From: Cenococcum geophilum
Taxonomy: Eukaryota
DNA length: 64,000 nucleotides
NCBI GenBank assembly: GCA_050273025.1
Contig: CP158635.1
Coordinates: forward strand, 31,868,001-31,932,000
Reading direction: 5' to 3'
Positions 1 to 12,374 of this stretch are shown in pieces. The notes under the pieces are model-generated. The model had not been told where the DNA came from and ran no database searches. It saw only the letters and a program-made list of their open reading frames with translations. Within the stretch, counting starts at the first letter, position 1. The number at the start of each line of letters is the position of its first letter. Position numbers and translations under genes: made by a program.

Positions 1-1480
1 CTTATAATCCTCTGCGTTACTAACGCATTACTCCCATATTTGCCCTTAGGCTATTAGATGCGGTTAAGGTATTAATTAGTTAGTTAAAGAGACTTGTCTT
101 TTAAGATTTAGTGTATATACTTTCAAATCTAGTGGTCCTATACTGTATATTTGGCGTAGCTCTACTACCTAGTAAATAGGGACATTTCGCGATAGTAATT
201 GTAGCTATTATGCGATTGTTAAGAACGTCTATAACGTTGTTCTTTGATACTATAATATCGTTTTAGGTCTAATTTAACCTATATGCGTCTTTAATTTAAC
301 GTCTTAATTGCCTTCCCCCGGCCGCGTAGTTAGTTTTTATAAGGAAGTGATGGTTAAATAACTTATACGCGTGTTTCCTTCCTTCTAAATAACGCTATTG
401 TAACGGAGTTATATTGGCAAGGTTGCGGCTAGTTACTAAAAGGGTAATAGACGGTAAAGTATAAAGACACTTTACTTATTAAGCTTAATCCTTTTCCTTA
501 ATACCTTACTTCCCATTATTAACCTTTATCTAATTTAGACGTATCTTCGATATATTATTAAGATTTTCTTCTTTTTCATTATTAATTTAATATGCCTCTT
601 TGTTCTCCTGCTAACTACTTTTCTAAGTAAATTCTATAGTGTATTCTAACCCTACCTTTATATATAGAACCCTAATCCCCGCTAACCTGTAACTGGTGCT
701 AGTCCTACCTAAATAATTTTGCCTATATGTCTTCAAAAGACCAGAAATCTAATGACAGGATTCTGGAGGCAAGAGCGGCAGTTGCATTAAGGTAAGTTTT
801 TCTATCCTTAATAGATTTCTATTGCTAACTTTAAGCTTTAATAGCCTAGGCCTAAGTGGCGACGTTCCTTTAATATCCTTAACTACTATATTGCCTAGGC
901 TCTCTCTTATTCTAGCGTAAATGCTAAATAGCTTAGCCGAATTTAAGACTATGCTACGGCTATCTATACTGCCCATAATTCCTAATAAGCTAGCTAGTAA
1001 CGCCTAATATAAGAGTAAGGTTAGTATACTAAGGATAGGGTGCGTAATGGGGGTAATAAGAAGAAGGTCGCTGTCTACTATAGAAAGGAGTTTGCGTATA
1101 CGCGTTAAGTTTTAAAAGAGTATAACATAATACGGTATTAGGTAGGTTACCCTTTGGGTACCTAGCGGATAGGTAACTAATAGTTACTGTAGTAAGGTCT
1201 TAGTGGTTCTGGACTATACCAGCTAGCTAACATCTCTGTTTATTCTAGGCTTAAGCGTGTTTTTATTAACTATAAGCTTATGCTATAAGAGCTTTGTTAG
1301 TATTGGTTTAGACCTAATATTAGTGTTAAGCATTTAAGAGTCTCTGCTCTAGCTACACCTTATTACCCTACCCCTATTTTTATACCTACTTATACGCCTA
1401 CTAAGGGATCTAGATCCTATTCTTATTAGCCATTACTTAGTAGCCTGATGGATACTGATCCTACTCCTAATAATAAGGCA
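1..1480 (-). pseudogene. Long RIP-degraded extra ORF of unknown function downstream of pol in element B
   Basis: The frame of ORF-track 749..976 reads from about 1480 to near the window edge with only TAA/TAG stops, the types RIP creates from CAA/CAG/TGG. Boundaries are approximate. Confidence 0.5.
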
Positions 1481-4421
1481 TAGTGGCTTTTTAGATTGGG
1501 TATTTATGGTTTAGACTTTTGGGATTTGTTCTTATATATAGTAGCAATTAAGGACCTTAATTAGGTGCTTAGAAAGGCCTTATAAGGCTTTTAGAAAGGG
1601 CTTAGAAGCTCTAGGAACTATATTCCTAATATAGATTTATAAATAGGAATGTAATTCTAGCAAAATGCCCTATTAACTCTATGCTATATACGTGAAAAGG
1701 CTAAGGACCCATCCTGCCTTAGGCTGTAGCCCTATCCCTATAGTTTCCGGAGCTTATCTATACTATATCTAATTTAACCTATTTACTCTTTAGGGCCTTT
1801 TGCGGCCTATTATAAGCTTTCTTTATAGGTTGCGATAATACTATAGTATTAGAGCGCTTTCTATAATTTATAGATTGTAGACCTTGGTCCCAATATTCTT
1901 TTAGAATATCTTTATAATAATTAAGGTAATCCTCTAGTTTCTATATAGAGTCCTTAGCGGGCTAGCCTAGCTATTTAATTTTAAATTAAAGCTTGTTCTT
2001 GACAGACTTATAGTATAGTATAGCTTTAACCTTATACCGCTCGCCCACTACCTTAGGGTGTTTAATTGGGCCTAGACGGAAGTTCTTTTTTAGTAGTAGT
2101 CTATACCATGGCTCTAGTAAGTTTATATAAAATACTAGATATATATAGGCTATAGATGGGAGTAGCTAGAGATAATAGGCTAGCTTGCCAATTCGTTCCT
2201 TGACTTAGAAGGGACCTAGGTATTTTATATTAAGCTTCTTTAATAGTTAACGGGTCTTAATATTTGTTAAACGTAATAGAACCTTATCGCCTACTCCAAA
2301 ATACTTGTTTTAGTGCTTGCGGTTATACTAAAGTCTCTACTGCTCTTAGGCATCTTGTAGGCTCTACTTTATATACTTCTATTACTCCTTCTATTTCTAG
2401 AGGTATCCTTATACTCTTTAGTAGATATCCTTAGACTTCCTAATAGGATCCTATAACTAATTATGCGGCCTTAGCTAGTAATTATTGGGTATACTATTAA
2501 ACCTAAATAGTTAAACGCTATAGGCAATCTGGATTAATGCATACTTATATAATATATGTTGCTTTAAATTGTAAGCGTACTCTATATACGAAAGTAGCTC
2601 GCACTAGTTATCTTGCTAGTAGTTTAAATATATCCATAGGTAAGACTCTAGTTCCTAGTTCTAGCGTTCTATTTGCCTATCCGTCTATAGGTAGAAAGCC
2701 GTACTATACTAGTGGTCTATCTTTAAATAGAAGTATAGGTCCGACCAGTATTAGCTTATAAAGACGCTGCCCCTATTAGTAATAATAGAGTATGGTTAAT
2801 CTACTTTAAGAAAGCATTTCTTTTTAATTAGGTTAATGAGCTCTTATATATTAATCGTCTTGTTAATAAAAAGGTATTAGACGTACTTTAAAAACCTATT
2901 AATAAGTATAAGGACCGAATTGTATATTTGTTCTTAGCCATCTTTAGATAGCGGGAGATCCGTGATAAAGTCTATGGCGTAATATCGCCATAGCTCACTG
3001 GTGGGAGGAATTGATTTAAGTAGACCCTATGGCTTATACCTGCGGATCTTGTATACTTAATACTTCTTATAATAGCTAATGTACTCCTTTGCTTTCTAAT
3101 TAAGCCTTAGCTAATAGTATTTGCGCTAAAGTAATTCTACTGTCTTTACTTAACTATAGTGGCCGCCTAAAGGATTATCGTGATTCTTTATAAGAATCTT
3201 CTATTATAGATTTGCTTCTTATAGCACCTAAACCTTACTACCTCTATATAGTAGGCCTATCGGGTCTAGTTCCTAATAGTAGCGCCTAGTAGCTTTCTTT
3301 TTGTTACGTTTCCGGTCTACTTCTATATTAAGGATAGTATAGGAAGTATCCCTTTATTGCATCTTATAGATAAAATCCGTTAACCTTTCGGATAGTTTTT
3401 AGGTAAAAGCTGTTTTGTCCTATACTGCTCCAAATATAAGACTAGATAGTACTATAGATCTTATAACTCTTTAATACGCGTACGTTAGGAAGGCCGCTAT
3501 AAGGTTAAAGTTCTTTAGTTATTATAGGGCTCCGAGTTCTAATTACTTTATGGCTTTACTATTTATTTAAGGGGATAGCTTAGTAATTAGAGATGGTATA
3601 TTACTAGGTTCCGAGAATGTATTAGGGACGTCCTATCTAGGTATATTTAGACCCTTATTAGTAATGGACCGGGTACTAGCTAGAATATTAGTGGAAATTA
3701 ATAGGGCTTGCACCGCCTAAGACTTAGTATATAGAGCTATAGGTACTTAAGCATCCTATACCCGGAGCTTATTCTATAATATAAGGAGTAAGATATCTAT
3801 TATCTGTTTTCCTTCTCCTGTTTTAAAGCCTTTGGTATAGTCTAGCCGTTATAACGGTTTATTAGCAGGGTTGTTTTCCCCTAGCTTATATTTAATCTTA
3901 AAATTAAATCGCGCGAGCTCCTCTACCTATTTGGCTTATTAAGGTATAAGCTCCTTTATAGTTATAAAGTAGCGTAGATTATAGTAATCTAAGAGTATAT
4001 AAGTGGTATAGCTCGCATACTTAAGGTAGTATCGCTACTATTTAAAGCAGTTAACTATAGCTAGCAGTTCCTTATTATAGGTATAATACCTAACTTTAGG
4101 TCCCTAGAATTTTCTATTATAAAATATTACTAGTCTTTAATGGAGCTGGGTAGCGTCTAGATGCCTATTAGGTTATAGTAGGATACTAATAAGGGCAAAA
4201 TTTAATATATTAATAATTATTATTAATAGCTAATCTAGGTTAAAATGCCGCAGTAATAAAGCTTCTATAAACTTTATATAAAGTTCCTAGAAGGCCTTCT
4301 AAACCTTTCTAGGCTATAACTATAGCTTATACCATTTAGTTAGTCCCTTTTTAGTTTTCTTCCTTACCGCCTTTAAGCTTTTTACTCCTTAAGTCAGGTC
4401 TTAAGAAGCTTCTATAATATA

Positions 4422-4847
4422 TATTACAGACGCTTTAAGTATAATATTACAACTACTTGGAGAAGAGATGGAAGAAGCTAGTTAGTTAATATAAGCACGG
4501 TCCAGGATGGAACCCGTGGAACCATATAACGAGGAATAGTAAGCAGAGTCACGTAATATAATCTATATAATCTGTATAATCTATAAGATCTATCGCAGAG
4601 GCAAACAGAGCAGATAGAGCAGATAGAGCAACAACTTTCTTAGGAGTACGGTTATATATTTAAGGACCCTTAGTCCCTACCTAGATAGTTCCTTCCTTAT
4701 AGTAATTCTTAGAATATAATTAGAGTTAATCTATTAAACAACCACTCCACCAGTTATTATTACGTTGTTGACTTTTATACTTACATTTTCTACACACCTA
4801 GCCTAATAACAAGCCCATCATAGTTCTTGCTACAAGGTTCCGTTACA
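4422..4847 (+). repeat. 5' LTR of A1
   Basis: T(G>A)TTAC...GTTACA termini; direct repeat of 11949-12374. Confidence 0.97.
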
Positions 4848-7800
4848 CAATTACTACCTAGTTACAGTATTAATATAAGAAGTCAAACAATATGCCACCA
4901 AAAGCAGCCACCACAACGCCATTAACGGCAGCAACTACTTTAGGGATAGGAGGTGACACCAGTATGGCAGATACTAACTTACAGCAACCTATAACGGTTG
5001 GACAGCTATAGGAAATAGTTAACTAGCTAACAGCTAATAATATAATATTAGAAGAAAAACTTAACGGGATAGGAGCAGCAAAAATCAAGCTACTATCAAT
5101 TAAGAGATTTATAGAAGAAAGGTTAAAGCTTAAAGGATTCCTTACGCAGATACACTTTAAGGTCTTATAAGAAGAAGTAAAGTTACCTATACCTATAGAT
5201 CGGATAGCCTACGCAGGACTATTCTTATTAGGAAAAGTATTTAAGTAGTTCAAACCTTACCTTATAGAGATATAGGTAAATAGAATAACAACCACTAATT
5301 AAGACATGCGATTTATGTTCTTAAGTTAGGAAGGATTCACAGAATAACTTACGCAGATATTTGGAGACCTAAAAGAAACAACTATAGCGGAAAGAAAACT
5401 CCAGAACCTCGTGCAATAAACTTTAATAATTAAGTATACAATATAGTTCTAGACACTAGCAATATAAGTAGAGTAGAATAATAGGGCGCTTATAACACAG
5501 TATAAACAGGGACTTAAGGCTAAAGTCTAGGACGTAATTATCCTAATAGAAGATGCGGACACCCTAAGGGAACTAATAGATTAGGCGATTAAGATTAACA
5601 ATTAGATCTACTAAAGGGAATAGGCTAAAAGAGGCTAGGATAGAGTTTTACAGTTATATAAGGCGTAGAGTACGCAACAATAAAAGCTAAGTTAAAAACT
5701 ATAGTATAGCGCAGAGCCAATAGACCTAAGTGGTACTAAAGAAGCCTATAAGAGATGGAGCAAACTATAAAAACCTAGAGGATAAGGATTAAGTAATTAA
5801 AGGTTTAAGGAGCAGAGGCTGAATTAAGGATCTTAATAGCAAAAGATATTCAGGCGGACTCTATAACAAGAAAAATAGTTTAAAAAAGGAGCTTACATAA
5901 ATTGCGGAAAACAGGGTTATTACGTCAGAGACTGTAAAAGTGGGTAGAGTTACTATATAGTAAGGGGCATAAGACTAGCAGACGACATATACGTATAAAG
6001 GGATAACAATATACTGCGAGGAACAAAAGAATGTTTAATTAAAAGTTTTGCGTTTTATTACAATAATGCATATTAAATTCATAAGAACGCCAAGTATGGC
6101 GTAAGCTATTAGCTATAAGAGCTAGCACCTATAGGATATAGAGGAACTAATAAACTAGTTCGCAGATTAGACATTAAGGACGATGAATTTAATATAGGCG
6201 AAACATTCTATAATAATAAGGCAATAAGAGCCGCTTACTAGGAGCGAGCAGACCTTAGAGATGTTATACTAGAGGTAGAGGATAATTTCACTATAGAATA
6301 GGAAACATTAGTAGGGATCGAAACCCTACTAGACATAATGTCTATCGCTTCACAAGACGCAAGAGAAGTAGGATAGTAAACCACTTCGGCACTTAATAAA
6401 GGCAAAAGGCCAAAGGCTTAAGATTCTTACAGCAAAATAAGAAATAACTAAGATTCTTAAAACGAGATAAGGCAAGCTTAAGGACCTATAACAGACGATA
6501 ACCAATGAAGTAGGGCAGTAGCTTAGTTTGGAAACATACGAATAAGCTCGGAATAGAAGTTCCCATAGGCACAAGACTCTTAAGACGAGATAAGTGAGAT
6601 TTAAGACTCTTAAGACGAGATAAGAACACTATAAACGCCTAGCTAGACTAAGGCGGGAGCTAAGCTTAAGTTAGAAGCAAGCTTAGGATTAAAGAATCTA
6701 AGGGACTAAGATTTCAGAGTATAAATAAGGGCACCTATAGGCAAGAGGTAAGGGGCTTCTTTATAGATCAGAGAATCTACGGCATAAACAGCAATTAGAC
6801 TAGGAGACGAATATATAGACCTAAAGGATTTACTAGTTAAATAAAGTGTTTAGACTAAAGATTAAAAAGTTAATACTAAGATTAAGAAGTAAGACGACTT
6901 TAAGGATTAGAGCGCAAGGCGCAAACTAAAAGAAACTATAGAAGAATTTAGGTAAAGAATTATTATATAGCAAGAATAGAAACTAGATAAGAGATCTAGT
7001 ATATTGGGACGTATAAAGGACAGAGCACTAGTATAAAGAATTACTAATAGGCCGAGAGCAGGCACACTAAGAGCTAAGTAGCTTACCGAACTAGAAGATA
7101 AAGAGGATTTAGGGATTCCAACTAGGTTTAAGGAACGACATATAAAGGGCTGTTATAATATAGTAGTAAGAAGATACTTCCTTATAAATAGGCCGTATAC
7201 ACTTTAGCAGCTATACTAAAAGTAGTATAGGCAAAGGCACAATAATAAGTAGGAAGATTTCTATATATGGTTAGATAAAAAAATTATCTAAGACCACCCA
7301 ATTATAGAAAAGGCCATAACGTATATTAAAGGAGCCTTAATTATAACGTCAAAGGATCTAGAGGAACATTTAGAGGACTAAAGAAGCGAGAGACGCATTT
7401 TAGTACCTGTAAATGAAGTTATAACGTTTAAATTAGCACGATAAAGGTTTAAACTTAGGGATAAAGACGAGCTAAGAGTTAACCTAAAGCACCTAGCACA
7501 CTATACGTTATTATAGATTGCGTACGTGGACAATATATACGAAATATATAAGAATCTAAAAAAAAAGAATCGGAAATACCCTATAAGGATATACTAGATA
7601 ACGGATAAGTAATAATATAGGAATGCCAAATATATATATAGATGGCATCTAGCAGAGGTCTAAAAGGAAGGAAGTTTAGTACTTTAACTAGGAAGATTCC
7701 TTATAGAAGAATGCTTAGACGGATAATAGTGGTAGGAATACCTAGAGAATACGTGTCTATAGTATATTAAAGATAAAAAGCGAACTAGGCATTGGCTAAA

Positions 7801-10800
7801 GAGTAAGCTAAATATACTAGGATTAAGTAGCTAATAGTTAGGAAAAGTAGAGGCCTATAGAACTAAAGGGAGCTAGTAGTAGAGCCTTAAACCCTTAAAG
7901 GAATTTAAGGATAACACCTAAATTTACGGATTAATTAGTAAGATTAGCAGTTTAAAGCGCTAATAGATAGTAGAGCAATACAAAACCATATTTTACTAGT
8001 AGCAGTTAAGAGAATAGGGCTACCTTATAGATAGAAGAAGCAACTTTACCTATTAGTTACAATTTTAGGAGATCCAATAACCTATAGAGGAGGGATTATT
8101 AATCTTAAAACAGGACCTATTTAGATAATTATTAAAGGGAGACAAATTAAGATGTCTTTTAATATTCTACCATTAGGACGGAACGAGGCAGTATTAGGTA
8201 TACCTTAGTTATAGGAATATAATCTAAGAATTAATTAGATTATAGGTTAAGTCAATATTAAAGATACTTAACGCTATAAAATGCAACAATAAGCTAAGTT
8301 AGTATGATACTAAGTAGGAGCAACCTATAAAGAAATAGAAAAAGGACTAAGTTATATACCAAAGAGATACTATAAGTACGGCAAGAAACTATAGTTACTA
8401 GAAAGTAAAAAGCTATTAGAATATATAATATAGGACTATAAGATAGAGTTAGAACTAGAAATAAATTTAAAGTTTTTTCTAATCTATAAGCTTACCAAAG
8501 AAGAAGGTAGAGCATTAAAAGAGTTTATCTAGGAAAATCTATAAAAAGGATATATTAAACCATCGCAGTTATTAGCGGGTTATCTAGTACTATTTATACT
8601 AAAAAAGAATGGCAAACTAAGGCTATATATCGACTATAGACAGTTAAACAGCATTACTAGAAAGGATAGGTATCCTTTACCCTTAATTAGCGAAATCTAA
8701 GACAGGATAGGTAATGCGCAAATCTTCACAAAGATAGATCTAAGATAGGCGTACTATTAAATTAGGATTAAAGAAGGCGATGAATAGAAAGCAGCCTTTA
8801 GGTTAAAGGAAGGACTATATAAACTATTAGTTATATAATTCGGGCTTATAAACGCACTAGCAATGTTCCAGAAGCGTATTAACAATATATTAAAAGAACA
8901 CTTAGATAAATTTGTTATGGTATATCTTAATAATATTATTATCTACTTAATAACTAAGGAAGAATATAGGGAATACATTAAATAGGTTTTAAAGAGACTA
9001 TAAGAAGAACAGATGCTAGTAGTAATTAAGAAATACGAGTTCTTTACTAGGAAGACTAATTTCGTTAAATTCATTATTAAACTAGGCTAACTTAGTATAG
9101 ATCTAAAGAAGATCGAGGCTATAGTAAATTGGTAGGAACTAAAGAACGTTATATAGTTAAGATTATTCCTAAGGTTTTACAATTACTATAGAAGGTTTAT
9201 AGCGCAGTGGTTAAAGGATATTAAGCCATTTACGCGGTTAATAAAGAAAGAAGAACTATAGGCATAGGGAGAGGAGTAAAAAGAACTCTTTAAGAAAGTC
9301 AAAGAGTTATTTACCTAGAAGCTAGTTCTTAAGATCTATTAACTAGAACTAGAGACGGTTATAGAGATAGATATATTAGACTATATACTAGGGGCATACT
9401 TTATATAAAAGCATTAAGATAGATAGCACTTAGTGGTATACTATAGTCGGAAGATAATACTACCGGAGTTAAACTATAACATCTATAACAAGGAGTTATT
9501 AGGTATAGTTACAGTATTAAAGAAATAAAGAGCATTTTTATAAGGTATAGAGAAACCATTTATAGTTAAGACGGATTATAAGAACCTAATAGGATTCCTA
9601 ACGACAAAGGAACTTAACTAAAGATAGGTTAGATGGGCAGAGATGCTTACGGAATACTATTTTAAGATTTAGTATACTAAAGGTACAGACAATACGCGGG
9701 CAGATACTCTAAGCCGTAAAGCTAAACTACAAAATAAGGAAAAGCCATTAGGGGCTTTATTACGAAAAGATATAGACGGATTAATTAGGTATAATTATCT
9801 AAAAATCACAGCAACTTAAGAAGATGATAAACTAGAGAAAGTCTACAAGATACTAGAAAGCTTTTAGGTATAAAGAATTCTAAAAGCACAGCTAGAAGAT
9901 CTACAGACAGATATATACGAAAATTAAAAAGTAAAGTACATCCTAAAAAGCATAGCAGAGTAGTTTATAAAAGACTTCTATAAGGGACTAACCTAAGGAT
10001 ATAATAGAGCTACAGGCTTAGTGTTAAGACTTTAGGAGGAGTACATTATTAATAGAATCTAGAGAATAGCTAGAAGGGTTATAAAGAAATATCTAGATTG
10101 CTAAAGGAATAAACTAACAAGGCATAAGCTATATAGAGGGCTATAACCTATTAAAATATTAGAGAGACTATAGGAGGTTATATTATAGGACTTTATTATT
10201 AAGTTGCTAAAATTAAAAAATCCTATTACCGAATAAGATTATAACGCGATTTTAGTAATAGTAGATAAGCTTATAAAGTGGGGATATTTTATAGTATATA
10301 TAAAAGAAATCTTAGCGGAGGATATTGCTAGAATCTATGTTAAAGAAGTGTTTATAAAATATAGAGCACTAAGCAAAATTATATTAGATAGAGATCTAAG
10401 ATTCGTAACAGCATTCTGGGAAGTATTCTTAGCAGAGTAAGAAGTTTAAGCAGCAACTTCTACTGCATATTATCTACAGACAGACGGTTAAACGGAAAGG
10501 TTAAATTAGACGCTAGAATAGTATCTAAGGTATTATATTAATTATGCACAGAATAATTAGGTATCGCTATTACCAGTTATATAATTCGCATATAACGCAA
10601 CACCTTAAGAAGAAATAGGTATATTACTATTTAAGGCAAATTACGGATATAAGCCAAAAACATCGTTATTACTATAATAAGTAAAGAAAACAAGTAGCAC
10701 AGCTAAAGAAAGAATAAAGATATTAATAAATCTTTATACAAACCTTACGGAATTAGCAAAAAAAGTACAAGAGAGAATAAAAAGGTACTATAATGCTAAG

Positions 10801-11199
10801 AGATCTAAGGGACCAGATCTTAAGGAGGGAGATAAAGTATAGCTACTATATAAAAATTTTAAGAGTTAACGACTAAGCAAGAAATTAGACTATGTTAGAC
10901 TAGGACCTTTCAAAATTATATAAAGAATTTTACTAGTTATATTTAAGTTGAACCTACCAGCTAAAATAAAAATCTACCCTATATAGCACATCGCAATACT
11001 AGAGCTAGTATATGGGAATATTAAGCCACCAGTCTATAAAGCAGACACATATAGAGAATAAGAAGAAGATAAATAGTAAGTTTTAAAGATCATTAATTAT
11101 AAGGACATTAATAACAAGATATAGTATAAGATTAAGTAGATAGGCTACACTAAGACTACCTAGGAGCTACTAGAGAATTTAAGAAACGCTATAAGAAAG

Positions 11200-11840
11200 G
11201 TATAGAAGTATCGGAAGAGATTAGGTTAGGCAGCATTAATAAAGAAAGATTACTAAAGAATAAGTCACCTAAGGGGGACCTAAGAAGAGCAGTTGCCAAA
11301 CTACTTAGATCTATTTCCTTCTTTATTAAAGGAGAATCTGTTCTTTTATTACCTAGTTCCTATAGACCTTATTCTATAAGTTTCTACTCCTTAAAACAAA
11401 CCTTCTTATAAACGTATTAAAGACGCTAAACTTTCGCAAAGGTAGACTGCTAAGCCTTAAGGGCATAAGCAGATTCTTTAGATCGACAATAGGCTTCCGC
11501 TAGCGCTGTGGCAAGATTACCCTTAAGTTTTTCTACCTCGGATTAAATATAAGACCCTAAGACAAATTAATTAGGGAACTAAATAACTATTAAGAGTAAT
11601 AGGTCGCGCATATTTAACATTAGAGATAGAGCGAATGTTATAGGATAACCAAATATTTGCTTTAGTGCACTCTAAATAAGAGGAAGGTTACCAGGACAAA
11701 GGACTTACTAACATAATATAAACTAACCCCTCTTTTACATAACGAGAATACGGAGATGGTATTATCTTACTAAGAGATAATATTATAGTAACAGTATAAG
11801 ACTAACGGGCTGTAGAGGAAGAAGAAGGTGCTTTAGGTAT
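11200..11840 (-). pseudogene. Antisense accessory gene of A1: Zn2Cys6-like cluster plus coiled coil, one intron (11557-11611)
   Basis: De-RIPed PSPCSRC-x6-C-x13-CSECTKANI..SC; RIPed GT donor, CTAAT branch site, TAG acceptor; homologous to 55200-55834. The 3' end is approximate. Confidence 0.7.
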
Positions 11841-11948
11841 TATAAGTAACAATATTAACCAAATTAATTAGACGGATATTATACCTCTAGTAAACAACCT
11901 AAAGATGCTAGGTATCTTTAAGGACGAAGATAAAGAGGAGGGAGATGG

Positions 11949-12374
11949 TATTACGGACGCTTTAAGTATAATATTATAACTACTCGGAGAAGAGACGGAA
12001 GAAGCTAGTTAGTTAATATAAGCACGGTCCAGAATAGAACCCGTGGAACTATATAACGAGGAATAGTAAGCAGAATTATATAATGTAATCTGTATAATCT
12101 ATATAATCTATAAGATCTATCGTAAAGGTAAATAGAGTAGATAGAGCAGACAGAGCAACAACTTTCTTAGGAGTATGGTTATATATTTAAGAACCCTTAG
12201 TCCCTACCTAGATAGTTCCTTCCTTATAGTGATTCTCAGAATATAATTAGAGTTAATCTGTTAGGCAACCACTCCACTAGTTGTTATTACGTTGTTGACT
12301 TTTATACTTGCATTTCCTACACACCTAGCCCAATAACGAGCCCATCGTAGTTCTTGCTACAAGGTTCCGTTACA
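11949..12374 (+). repeat. 3' LTR of A1
   Basis: Direct repeat of 4422-4847, preceded by a polypurine tract and followed by the TSD. Confidence 0.97.

Larger units (their letters stand above)
4422..12374 (+). mobile_element. Full-length Ty3/Gypsy chromovirus, family A copy 1 (RIP-inactivated)
   Basis: 426-bp LTRs at 4422-4847 and 11949-12374; 5-bp TSD ATATA at 4417-4421 and 12375-12379; purine tract before the 3' LTR. gag ATG at 4892 (MPPKAA), CCHC knuckle about 5894-5936, protease LIDS(G)A about 7960, RT Y(L)(DD)II about 8925, then RNase H, integrase, and chromodomain about 11070-11220. Confidence 0.97.
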
